Below, piece after piece: positions 11,109-22,989 of a stretch of 60,000 nucleotides of DNA (positions are counted from its first letter, which is position 1; every line of letters begins with the position of its first letter). The stretch spans positions 104,782,001 to 104,842,000 of the forward strand of contig CM059432.1 in assembly GCA_030390025.1 (NCBI GenBank). Direction: 5' to 3'. This stretch comes from Squalus acanthias (lineage: Eukaryota). A program made the translations under genes and the position numbers. The notes below the pieces were generated by a model. That model was not told where the DNA came from. It did not search any database and saw only the letters and a list, made by a program, of their open reading frames with translations.

Positions 11109-12171
11109 CTGCAGCATGACAGGGAGATGGGGCAGAAGCAGCAAAGAAGAGGTAGGAGGAGGAGGGGCAGGAGGGCTCTCAACAGGAGGCCTTACCCACC
11201 TAGGGTCTTCAGGGAGCACTTCTATTACCTGCACCTAAGCCAGGACTGTACATTAGGAGGCTCCGCTTCACCAAGGAGGTGGTCACAGAACCCTGCTACC
11301 TCCTACAACCAGACCTGCAGCCTCACAGCAGGGAGACGACGGCTCTCCCAGTGGCCCCCAAGGTCACCGTGGTCCCCAATTCTTTTGCCACCGGATCCTT
11401 CCAGTCTGGAGCAGGAGACATAGCTAACATCTCTCAGTTCACCATCCATTGCTGCATCCAGGAGGTCACAGAGGCTCTGTATTCCAGGAGAAGGGACTTC
11501 ATTGTCTTCTCTCTGAATAGAGAGAAGCAGGAGGAGCGCGCACGTGGCTTTGCAGGCACTGCATACTAATCCTGAGTTGTACTGCAACAGCAAAGGCTAC
11601 CACTCAATTAATGTGCAGTTGTTGTGCGACCAGGGCCAGCGCATCATGATGGTAAATGCTTGGTATCCTGGCACCAGTCATGATGCCTTCATCCTGCACC
11701 AGTCCGGTGTGCCAACAATCTTCCAGCTGCCACGTCAAACCTGAGGGTGGCTGCTCGGAGACAAGGGCTATTTGCTCTACACCTGGCTGATGACTCCCCT
11801 CCGCAACCCCACCACTCGTGGCCAGCACTCATATAATGAGAGCCATGCTGCCACGAGGAACATCATCAAGCAAACCATATAGCTGCTAAAGCAATGGTTC
11901 TGCTGCCTTAACTGCTCAGGAGGAGCCCTCCAATGCATGCTGGAGTGGTTGTCCCATTTCGTGGTGGTCTGCTGCATGCTCCACAACTTGGCCATCATGA
12001 GGGCGCAGCCCTTGCCACCACGGGTTCCAGGACCACCTCAAGAGGAGGAAGAGGAAATGGAGGAGGAAGGGGGAGGAAATGGAGGAGGAAGGGAGGAGGC
12101 AGGCAGCAGATCCCCATTCTGGACAGGCTGTCTGTGAACGCCTCATCAGACTTCGGTTCCAGTTCCAGTGA
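11109..12171 (+). pseudogene. HARBI1-like Harbinger DDE transposase, frameshifted
   Basis: [71 protein letters not shown]. Several stops and frameshifts. Confidence 0.9.
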
Positions 12172-12337
12172 ATGAAACCCCAGATCCCTGTTGCTCAGCA
12201 CTTCCCCATCATACCATCCCTCTGTAACGGAACACCACAGCATCCTCCTGGGCACAAAGCTGAAATGAGAGCCACCACAAAACAAACATTCCAAACATAA
12301 TTTATAAACTTATCAAATGGAAAGCAAAAGAACAAAG

Positions 12338-14706
12338 TCAACTCACCACTCTTGTGCAATCCCTTAGTGCCTGTCTTTCATGTACCTTTACCTACTCTAG
12401 TGCTCCTATGAAGTGTTCCCCCAGTGGCTGCAGCAGGGCTGGTTGAAGGCTGCTAGGTGCTGACTTTCAGTGGGGGAGACTGCAGATGCCTTGCAGGACA
12501 CCAACAAGCAGCTCTGGGCCTAGAAGGCCTGGCTGTAAACGGCACCACCTCGGCATGAGCAGCAGCAGTCTGGGCTGGCTGGCTGATAGGCAGCGGCAAG
12601 GGCAATAGTGGAGTGGCAGTGGTGGGAGTAGGAATGCTGTCATCCTGAGAGAGGACAGCAGGTTCTTGTTCCACTGATCCACTGTCACTCCCCCAGGGCA
12701 ACGCCTCAGCATTCCTACCCATCTGTTGGTTGCTGGAGTGCTGTGAGACCCTGCAAGCTCCTTTCCACACTCGTAAACCCAGCCTTGATGGCAGCAGTCT
12801 AAGCTTCCACTGCAGCATTGAGAAGTTGGGTTGCTTCTGCCTGTGCTGCAATGGAAGCTGCGACATCGTCCATCACACCCAGCATCATGGCTGGGTCTAC
12901 AAGGTCTCTCATGGAGTTACCCATCATTTCCATTCTGGAAATCACGGGCTCCAAGCTCTGTGCAAAGCCCTGCGCAATGTTGGAGCCGGACTCCTCCATG
13001 CTTCTTGACACTGACGAGAGGCTCTCTGGCAGGCTTGCCATTGCACCAAGCATTTCTTCTGAAGGCCATCCCATCGAGGTCATCATCTGAGTCCTGTGCA
13101 GCAGAACCCGTGCGCGAGCTCGCCCTCCGGGGAGCTGGCCCCCGAGATACCCTTTCCCCCTGACCTGGTTGCAGTCCAGTCATGCCTGGTGACTCACCAC
13201 ATACAGATCCCCCCTCTATACCACCCTCTAAAGTCAGTGGCATTTTTTGAGCTGGTATCTGCGAGTGTCAGATGCAGTGCCAATGTGTCTTCTCTATCAC
13301 TGTCCACATACATAACTTCAGGGACAGGCTGGGCTGCTGGCAGTTCTTGGGTATCTGAAAGGAGAAAGGTACAAGGATCAGGTTGTGGTGAGGGAAAGGG
13401 GGGGAGGCAAGATATCCATGCAGGCACCATCAGCAGCTTGTAAGTGAGAAGAGGTTGTGGGATGAGGGGGAAGTGGGAGGTGAGAGAAGGATTAGGTGGG
13501 AGGTGAGAGAAGGATTAGGTATGAGCATCATCATCATCAGTAATGCTTTCATTTTCCCCGCTCGCCACGGACTCTGTGACTACCCCTACAATTAATTTGA
13601 GAACTGCTTCCTCCAGCTCTGTGTGGTTCTGAAGTCTGGCTTCCCCACCGCCCGTCTGCTGCTGCTCCCAGCGGTTATGAGCCACCTTTGTTTGCAAGAG
13701 AAAGGGAAGTGTGTCAGTGAGTATGGTGCAATGTGTTTGGGTGATGTGCCTGCCATGGTTGAATAGCTGGCAGTGTGTGCACGGTGTGAAATGTGGGTGT
13801 GAGTCTTGCTGCAGTGGTAAGTGTGTGAGGGTGATGTGAAGCTATGATTGTGAGGTACGAGTGGTGATAGGTAGAGATTGTTGGTAGGTGAGTGATGGGG
13901 ATGTGATGCATTGAGCAGTGTGCGAAGCTAGTGGTGCAGATGGTGGGTTTTTTTTATATTCGATTCTGGGATGTGGGCGTCGCTGGCAAGGCCACCATTC
14001 ATTGCCCATCCCTAATTGCCCTTGAGAAGGTGGTGGTGAACCACCTTCTTGAACCGCTGAAGTCCGCGTGGTGAAGGCACTCCCACAGTGCTGTTGGGGA
14101 GTGAGTTCCAGGATTTTGACCCAGCGGCGATGAAGGAACGGCGATATATTTCCAAGTCAGGATGGTGTGTGACTTGGAGGGCAACTTGGAGGTGATGGTG
14201 TTCCCATGCGCCTGCTGCCCTTGTCCTTCTAGGTGGTAGAGGTCGTGGATTTGGGAGGTACTGTCGAAGAAGCCTTGGCGAGTTGCTGTGGTGCATCTTG
14301 TAGATGGTACACACTGCAGCCACGGTACGCCGGTGGTGGAGGGAGTGAATGTTTAAAGTGGTGGATGGGGTGCCAATCAAGCGGGCTGCTTTGTCTTGAT
14401 GGTTTCGAGCTTCTTGAGTGTTGTTGGAGCTGCACTCATCCATAATTGATGATACATTCACTCACCTTGACCACTCATGTGAGGTCATTAAACTTTTTGC
14501 GGCACTGGATCCAGGTTCTGGGGTCAACACCCTTGGTACTGACGGCTTGAGCGATCTCCTCCCACAGCCTTCTGGTGTTCAGCCTTGAAGGCCTCCTGCA
14601 CCCCTGCAGGTAGAGGACCTAACATCTTCTGTGTACCCCCAGGACCAAGGCCTCCAGTGCCGCAACAGAAAATCTCCTTGCCCTTTGCTTTGGCTCTGTT
14701 CGCAAT
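12338..14706 (-). pseudogene. Three-exon Harbinger Myb/SANT-like gene, degenerate
   Basis: Exon 1 RFSVAALEALV…LWEEIAQAV…RTWIQCRKKFNDL, donor GTGAGT at 14465. Exon 2 KVAHNRWEQQQTGGGEA (~13520-13691). Exon 3 follows CCTTTCAG at ~13355. Convergent with the transposase, as in Harbinger elements. Confidence 0.8.
13950..14440 (-). mobile_element. 3' fragment of a CR1/L2-group LINE (family B) in intron 1 of the Myb gene
   Basis: Same sequence family as 38315-40620 (IGTPSTTLNIHSLHHRRTVAAVCTIYKMH…HHHLLKGN*), ending in an A-tail. Confidence 0.85.
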
Positions 14707-15188
14707 GACAATGAGGTGCTTCTGCAACAAAGCACCTCCCCTTTAAGTAGTGTAAAGAGCCTAGGCCAAACTTTATTGGCCATTAGACTGCACCCGATAT
14801 TGGTCCCCCTGCTCAGCGCTAAGCCAATCAGCAGTGTGTTTAGCGCTGAGATCAGCGCTGCAATCATTATAATGAGCAGGCAGCACACTGTGCGATGTCT
14901 GCGCCCATTTTCGGGCTTTATCCAATTTCTAGGCCATTGATTCTGAGTTATCACAAGAAGAATGAAGTGGGAAGTTAGAAGAATATTTTTACACAGAGGG
15001 CTATTAGAACTTGTAATGCTTTACCACAAATGGCAATTGAAGTAGAGACTAGAACATAATTTAAAAGGGAATTGGATTAAGTAATTTAAATTGTAGAATA
15101 CAGGAAAAGGGCAGGGAAATGGGATTAGATTTGACAGCGCTAGACTTATAAATATATCAATCAAAGCATACAGAAGCAGAGAGTGTGC

Positions 15189-15765
15189 AACAACAACAAC
15201 AACTTGTATTTATATAGCGCCTTTAACATAGTAAAACGTCCCAAGGTGCTTCACAGGAGCCTTATCAAACAAAATTTGACACCGAGCCACATAAGGAGAT
15301 ATTAGGCAGATGATCAAAAGCTTGGCCAAAGAAGTAGGTTTTAATGAGTGTCTTAATGGAGGAAAAAGAGGTAGAGAGGTGAAGAGGTTTAGGGAGGGAA
15401 TTCCAGAGCTTAGGGCCTCGGCAGTTGAAGACACGGCCGCCAACAGTGGAACGATTAAAATCGAGGATGTGCAAGAGGCCAGAATTTGAGGAGTGCAGAG
15501 ATCTCGGAGGGTTGTAGGGCTGGAGGAGGTTACAGAGATAGGGAGGGATTTGAAAACAAGAATGAGAATTTTTAAATTGAGGCGTTGCTTAACTGGGAAT
15601 CAATGTAGGTCAGCGAGCACAGGGGTGATGGGTGAACGGGACTTGGTGCGAGTTAGAACACGGGCAGCAGAGTTTTGGATGAGCTTAAGTTTATGGAAGG
15701 TGGAAGATGGGAGGCTGGCCAGGAGAGCATTGAAATAGTCAAGTCTGGAGGTAACAAAGGCCTGC
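15189..15765 (-). mobile_element. L2 LINE 3' fragment
   Basis: AFVTSRLDYFNALLASLP…QNSAARVLTRT…ITPVLADLH; tail AAAGGCGCTATATAAATACAAG(TTG)n. Confidence 0.85.
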
Positions 15766-16174
15766 AGCAGTAATGGAACAGAATTTAAAGCCAAAGCTGA
15801 TACCAGTTATATCAAAGTAGCTATTTAAGAGTTTAAGTCATTAATACATGTTAATATCAAGGTGTATCCTTCCATCACAAAAGATTTATCTGGCAGACAA
15901 TTCTCCAATACTGCACAGCAATTACCAAGTCTCTGAAGCATGAGATGAAGGAAAAGTATTAGATCTTCCTATTAAATCATAGAAGCCTCTGATGCTTTCT
16001 CCTGGGCCATATGAGACAGCACATAATCTATCTCAAACAGTGCTACCACGATGAAGAACTTATCTTTTGGACAATCTTCAACAAAGGATTTACCAGAGCT
16101 AGTTTTAGATCTGCATGGTCTAGGAGCTCCAAGCAGAATGGTGCTTCACCCAAGATGGCAAAGTTGGGCTCACA

Positions 16175-16625
16175 TTAACAACCTCCATATGCTTCCTCCA
16201 TAAACTCCAACTTGTCCAAAACTCTGCTCCACTTAGTTTGATTGCCCATTACTCAAGTCCTTGTTAATTTACATTGGCTTCCTGCCCTCAACACCTCAAG
16301 TTTATAATCCTCATCCTCCACGGCCTTGTCCACTCTATCTCTGCATCTCCTCCAGCACTATATTCCTTCCAAACTCTCCATTCCTCTAACTCATCTCTTC
16401 TGTATCCCCTCCTCCATCCCACCATTGACAGCAGAGCCTTCAGGCGCCAGAGCCTACTCTCTGGAATTCCTTCCATAATACCACCCACCATTCTCTCTCT
16501 TTTAACAACCTCTAAACTCATTTGTTTGTCCTCTCTCCTTTCCCACCGTAGCATGTTTTCCTTCTGTAAAGCAGTTTGGAATGTTATTTTACGTTAAAGA
16601 CACTAAATGCATGTTGTGGTTGTTG
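16175..16625 (+). mobile_element. Old L2 LINE 3' fragment
   Basis: Degenerate KLQLVQNSA…LHWL…LWNSL similarity to 37400-37920, with a TGTTG tail. Confidence 0.6.
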
Positions 16626-16894
16626 CCAGTTATGTCAGCAGAATGGATATGTTAATCAAGAACTTTCTCCTACTTGGAACCAAAAATCATACTGGAGAAA
16701 ACTCCAAATTCTAGGATGAGTTTTCTTGTCAGAGCAACTTTAAAAGGACATTTGTGCCTTGATTCCAGACACCATCGAGACAGATACTCCCACACTTCAT
16801 ACTTGCTGAGGCCTTGAAGTAAGAGCTGAAAGAAATCTATTGGATCTAATACCTGTTGAAGAACCTGTTGCTTTTTTAGGGGCATGTGAGATGA

Positions 16895-17695
16895 GCGCAG
16901 ACGCAAGCGTCGTCTGCATACTGTAATTTGACAACAGAGGATGGGACAACCTTGGATCTGGACTGGAGCTGACGGAGGTGGAACAGTTTCCCGTTTGTTC
17001 TGTAAATTAGCTCCACTCCAGTGGGGAGCTTACTGAGGGTGAGATGGAGCATTGCAGCAAGGAAGATCGAGAAGAGCGTTGGTGCGATGACACAGCCTTG
17101 CTTGACCCTGGTTCATACGTGAATTGGGTCTGTGGTGGAACCGTTGGTCAGGATCACGGCTTGCATGTCATCGTGAAGCAGGCGGAGGATGGTGACAAAC
17201 TTTTGAGAGCAGCTGAATTTGAGGAGGACACTCCACGCTCGATCAGCTCCAATGGACAGGTCACATTGTCCGCATGCCCGATACGAGACTCCCAAAACAA
17301 GCGCTCTACTCGGAGCTCCGGCACGGCAAGAGAGCCACAGGTGGGCAGAGGAAACGCTTCAAGGACACCCTCAAACCCTCCTTGAAAAAGAGCAACATCC
17401 CCACCGACACCTGGGAATCCCTGGCCCAAGACCACACAAAATGGAGGAGAAGCATCCGGGAAGGCGCCGAACACCTCGAGTCTCTTCGCCGGGAGCAAGC
17501 GGAAGCCAAGCACAGGCAGCGCAAGGAGTGCACGTCAACCCAAGCACCCCACCCACCCGCCCCTTCAACCACCGTCTGCTCCACCTGTGACAGAGACTGT
17601 AGGTCCCGCATTGGACTCATCAGTCACCTGAGAACTCATTTTTAATGTGGAAACAAGTCATCCTCGGTTCCGAGGGACTGCCGAAGAAGAAGAAG
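16895..17695 (+). mobile_element. RTE (BovB/RTE-1-like) LINE, 5'-truncated with 5' inversion
   Basis: Minus-strand RT piece 16895-17238 (LLHDDMQAV…VKQGCVIAPTLF…LQYADD) joined to a plus-strand C-terminus (WTGHIVRMPDTRLPKQALYSEL…CDRDCRSRIGLISHLRTH). (GAA)n tail and TSD ATGTGAGATGA. Confidence 0.9.
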
Positions 17696-19099
17696 ATGTG
17701 AGATGATACAGAGGCTACCTCCAACAGTGCTCTTGTAATGAAGATGACCATGTATGATGTACTCAGGCTAAACAAATGCCCCTCTGACCTGGAGTGTTTT
17801 TGTCTCTCTCTGGAATCGGGCATCAAACATTGGCTCCTAGTGCACAGAAATATACAGTATTCATTGTCCTTGATGTTTTTGAAATCCATCAGTTGCTGAA
17901 AAGGGCATTAGGACATTCAAAACTTGAAGCCTAGTACAGTAACATAGTAAGGTATTTTTAAACTCAAACTAAAAGAAATTATTTTCTTGTGTTGAAAAGT
18001 ATACAACATTTTTTGCAGAACCTTGAGTTGAAATGAAGACTGCGAAGGCTACAAATTAGAATCAATAGACTGACTCCAAAGCAGGAAAGACTTGAGAACT
18101 TTTCTTATGCAAAGAACTGCTGTTGGTGACATGAGAAAAATATCTGGGGAATAGTCAAGAGATGTGACTTTTTTGTAGGAAGCAAGCAAAGCTCTTAAAG
18201 GGGCATTTTCCTGGCATTTGTGTATTCATAGGGCTGAAGAACACTATTAATAGTGTAAACACCATCCTTTGTAACAGAGTAAAGAAATGTTATTTATCAA
18301 AGTAAAGGTGAAAGAAATTTTGTTCAGATCTACCTCAAAAAGTATTGTATTCAAAAAGAAAGTAATTTAAACCCAGTTCAAATTTTAGTCCTGCAGGGTC
18401 TGTTTTTGGACCTTTGCTACTTGTTTGTTAAAATAATGATATCCATAAGATGTGCTCGCCCTTTAAAATCTTCTATACCCTGAACCCAATCTTAATACAC
18501 TTGAACAGTCTTAACATAATATCAGAAATGAGCTAAATCCATTTAAAGATAATTAGTTGAGGAAAGGGTGAATTTTTTCTCCAGGAGATGATAACCATCT
18601 CACTCTAAACAAATTAATTGATTATATAATATAAAATAAAAACAGAAAATGCTGGAAATACTCAGCAGGTCAGGCAGCATATGTGCAGAGAGAAACAGAG
18701 TTAACGTTTCAGGTCGATGACCCTTTGTCAGAACTGGAAAAAGCTGGAGATGGAACAGGTTTTTAAGCAAGTGCAGGGGCAGGGAAAGGGGGGAGGGGAG
18801 GAAAGAACAAAAGGGAAGGTCTGTGATAGGATGGAAGGCAGGAGAGATTAAGAGACATTAAGAGATGGTCAAGGCAAAAGGAGATGGTAATGGGACAAGT
18901 TAAGAAACAAAAGATGGCTCTAGATGAAGTGTAAATGGCCCTGGCAGAAGGAGAGACAGCTGCCATGTGGGAGAGAGAAAAAAAATACATCATAAATTAA
19001 AAAATGGGAAAAAAAGGTAGGGGCAGAGGTTATGGTCTGAAATTGTTGAATTTTATGTTGAGTCCAGAAGGCTGTAAAGCGCCGAATCGAAAGATGAGG

Positions 19100-21600
19100 T
19101 ATAGAAACATAGAAGATAGGAGCAGGAGTAGGCCATTCGGCCCCTCGAGCCTGCTCCGCCATTCGATGAGATCATGGCTGATCATCTAAACTCAGTACCC
19201 TGTACCTGCCTTCTCCCCATATCCCTTGATACCTTTAGCTTTAAGAAATATATCTAACTCATCCTTGAATATATTTAATGACTTTGCCTCAACTACCTTC
19301 TGTGGTAGAGAATTCCACAGGTTCACCATTCTCTGGGTGAAGAAATTCTTCCTCATTTCTGTCCTAAATGGTTTACCCGTTATCCGTAGATTATGACCCC
19401 TGGTTCTGGACTCTCCGACCATCGGGAACATTCTTCCTGCATCTAGTTTGTCCAGACCTGTCAGAATTTTATATGTTTCGATGAGATCCCCTCTCATTCT
19501 TCTATACTCCAGTGAGTATAAGCCCAATCGACCCAATCTCTCCTCATATGTCATTCCTGCCATCCCAGGTATCAGCCTTGTGAATCTTCGCTGAACTCCT
19601 TCCATGGCAAGAACATCCTTCCTCAGATAAGGCGACCAAAACTGCACACAGTACTCAAGGTGTGGTCTCACCAAGGCCCTGTACAACTGCAGCAGGACAT
19701 CCCTGTTCCTATACTCAAACCCTTTCGCTATGAAGGCCAACATACCATTTGCCTTCTTCACCGCCTGCTGCACCTGCATGCTTACTTTCAGCGACTGGTG
19801 CACAAGGACACCCAGGTCTCGTTGCACTTCCCCTTCTCCCAATCTATTGCCATTCAGATAATAGTCTGCCTTTCTGTTTTTGACACCAAAGTGGATAACC
19901 TCGCACTTATCCACGTTATATTGTATCTGCCATGCTTCTGCCCACTCACCCAACCTGTCCAGATCATCCTGGAGTTTCTCGGTATCCTCCTCGCAGCACA
20001 CACTCCCACCCAGCTTTGTGTCATCTGCAAACTTGGAGATATTACATTTAATTCCCTTATCTAGATCATTAATGTATATTGTGAATAGCTGGGGTCCAAG
20101 GACCGATCCCTGCGGTACCCCACTAGTCACTGCTTGCCACTCGGAAAAAGACCCATTAATTCCTACTCTCTGCTTTCTGTCCGCCAACCAGTTCTCTATC
20201 CAAGTCAATACCTTGCCCCCAATCCCATGTGCCTTAACTTTACCCGCTAATCTCTTATGCGGGACCTTATCGAAAGCCTTTTGAAAGTCCAAATACACCA
20301 CATCTACTGGTTCTCCCTTATCTATTTTCCCAGTTACATCCTCAAAAAATTCCAGTAGATTAGTCAAGCACGATTTACCTTTTGTAAATCCATGTTGACT
20401 TTGTCCGATCCTGTCACTGTTTTTCAAATGCTCAGCTATTACATCCTTTATAATGGACTCTAGCATTTTCCCCACTACCGATGTCAGGCTTACTGGTCTG
20501 TAATTCCCTGCTTTCTCTCTACCACCCTTTTTGAATAGTGGGATAACATTAGCTACCCTCCAATCCATGGGTACAGTTCCAGATTCCATCGAATGTTGGA
20601 AGATGATCAGCAATGCATCTACTATTTCTAGGGCCACTTCCTTAAGTACCCTAGGATGTAGATTATCAGGCCCTGGGGATTTATCGGCCTTCAATACCGT
20701 CAATTTCCCTAACACCATTTCCCTGCAAATACTGATTTCTTTCAGTTCCTCCCTTTCATCAGACCGTATGTTCTCCAACATCTCTGGGAGCTTATTTGTG
20801 TCCTCCTTTGTGAAGACAGACCAAAATATGCATTTAATTGGGCTGCCATTTCTTTGTTCCCCATTATAACTTCCCCCGCTTCTGACTGCAAGGGAGCTAC
20901 ACTTGATTTCACTGATCTTTTTCTCTTCACATATCTATAAAAGCTCTTACAGTCAGTTTTTATGTTCCCAGCAAGCTTACTTTCATATTCTATTTTCCCC
21001 TTCTTAATTAATCCCTTTGTCCTCCTTTGTTGAATCCTAAACTGCTCCCAATCCTCAGGGCTACCGCTTTTTCTGGCCAATTTATATGCCCTCTCCTTGG
21101 ATCTTATGCTATCCCTAATTTCCCTTGTTAGCCACGGTTGAGTCACCCTTTTTGTTTTATTCTTATGCCACACTGGGATGTACAAATTCTGTAGTTCATC
21201 CATGCAGTCTTTGAATGTTTGCCATTGCCTATCCACCGTCAACCCCTTGAGTGACATTCCCCAATCAATCCTACCCAATTCACGCCTCATACCATCGTAG
21301 TTTCCTTTATTTAAATTCAGGACCCTAGTCTCTGATTCAACTACTTCACTCTCCATCCTAATGAAGAATTCTATCATATTATGATCACTCTGACCCAAGG
21401 GGCCTCGTACAACAAGATTGCTAATTAATCCTTTCTCGTTACATAATACCCAGTCTAAGATGGCCTGATCTCTGGTTGGTTCCTCGACATATTGTTCCAG
21501 AAAACCATCTCGTAAACATTCTAGGAATTCCTCCTCCACAGTATTTTTACTAATTTGGTTAGCCCAATCTATATGTAAATTAAAGTCACCCATGATGACT
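19100..21600 (-). mobile_element. 5'-truncated CR1 LINE (ORF2 with one frameshift; RT domain open, 19192-20781)
   Basis: MGDFNLHIDW…SDHNMIEF and [28 protein letters not shown]; tail TTCTATGTTTCTAT. Splits the PLE at CAGCA|CCTCATC. Confidence 0.93.
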
Positions 21601-22655
21601 GCTGTGCCTTGAGCTTACGTTGAGCTTCATTGGAACAGTGTAAGAGGCCGAGGACGGTGAGGTCTGAGTGGGAGTGGAGCGGAGAATTAAAGTGACAGGC
21701 GACCGGAAGCTTGGGGTCACCCTTACGGACTGAACGGAGGTGTTCCGCAAAGCGGTCACCCAACCTGCGTTTGGTCTCCCCAATGTAGAGGAGACCGCAT
21801 CGTGAGCAGCAAATACAGTATACTAAATTGCAAGAAGTACAAGTAAATCGTTGTTTCACCTGGAAGGAGTGTTTGGGGCCCTGGACAGTGGGAAGAGGGG
21901 AGGTATAAGGGCATGTGTTGCATCTCCTGCGCTTGCACGGGAAAGTGCCGGGTGAAGGAGAAGGGGTGTTGGGGTTGATAGAGGAGTGGACTAGGGTGTC
22001 GCGGAGGGAGCGGTCCCTTCAGAATGCTGACAGGGGAGGTGAGGGGAAGATGTGTGTGGTGGTGTGATCACGCTGGAGGTGGCAGAAATGGTGGAGGATG
22101 ATCTGTTGAATGTGGAGGCTGGTGGGGTGAAAGGTGAGGACAAGGGTAACCCTACCGTGGTTCCGGGAGGGAGGGGGAGGGGTGAGAGCAGAAATGCGGG
22201 AAATAGAACGGACACGGTCAAGGGCCGTGTCAACCACAGTAGAGGGGAATCCTCGGTTGAGGAAAAAGGAAGACATGTCGGAAGCACTGGTATGGAAGGT
22301 GGCACCGTCAGAGCAGATGCGGCGGAGACGGAGAAACTGGGAGAATGGAATAGAGTCCTTACAGGAAGCGGGGTGGAGGAAGTGTAGTCCAGGTAGCTGT
22401 GGGAGTTTTTTTTTCTCTCTCCCACATGGCAGCTGTCTCTCCTTCTGCCAGTGCCATTTACACTTCATCTAGAGCTATCTTTTGTTTCTTAACTTGTCCC
22501 ATTACCATCTCCTTTTGCCTTGCACCATCTCTTAATGTCTCAATCTCTCCTGCCTTCCATCCTATCACAGACCTTCCCTTTTGTTCTTTCCTCCCCTCCC
22601 CCCTTTCCCTGCCCCTGCACTTGCTTAAAAACCTGTTCCATCTCCAGCTTTTTCC

Positions 22656-22692
22656 AGTTCTGACGAAGGGTCATCGACCTGAAACGTTAACT
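22656..22692 (+). ncRNA. Minimal type-I hammerhead ribozyme motif in a Penelope pLTR
   Basis: AGTT-CTGACGA-AGGGTC(ATC)GACCT-GAAA-CG-TT-AACT: CUGANGA and GAAA core, stem II, palindromic AACGTT stem III, AGTT/AACT stem I. Confidence 0.75.
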
Positions 22693-22989
22693 CTGTTTCT
22701 CTCTCCACAGATGCTGCCTGACCTGCTGAGTATTTCCAGCATTTTCTGTTTTTATTTCAGATTTCCAGCATCCGCAGTATTTTGCTTTTGTATTAATTGA
22801 TTATATATCTGGCTCATTCTCCAACCTCAGGATTGTTAATTTTGTCAAATACTCAAATATACTCAGTATGGTAGTTGTTTAAAATTATTTTTGTATCACC
22901 AGCTTGGAAAACAAATGCCCTAAAATAAGCAATTATGATTTTTTTAAAGCTTTAAATGGATATGTAATGAGAAATTGCTTGAAAAATCA

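Larger units (their letters stand above)
9564..14935. mobile_element. Composite degenerate PIF/Harbinger transposon (~5.4 kb)
   Basis: Termini GGGCAAAAAATTCG and (reverse complement) GGCCTAGAAATTGG. The flanks join into one old CR1 3' remnant (LFPLVGKMVTRR|..VITRR..RIF). Contains HARBI1-like transposase and Myb/SANT-like gene remnants. Confidence 0.75.
18629..22791 (-). mobile_element. Penelope-like element (RT C-terminus + GIY-YIG) with inverted pLTRs, interrupted by a CR1
   Basis: SYLDYTS/HPASCKDSIPFSQFLRLRRICS, NLVYCICCSRCGLLYIGETKR, continuing after the CR1 as LQPSGLNIKFNNFR. Inverted repeat ~18630-18987 vs ~22406-22760. TSD ATTAATTGATTATATA. Confidence 0.9.

Noticed and set aside
10878..12294. 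Glu/Arg/Ser/Pro-rich short ORFs as novel proteins
   Set aside because: Alternative frames of the low-complexity ends of Harbinger transposase remnants.
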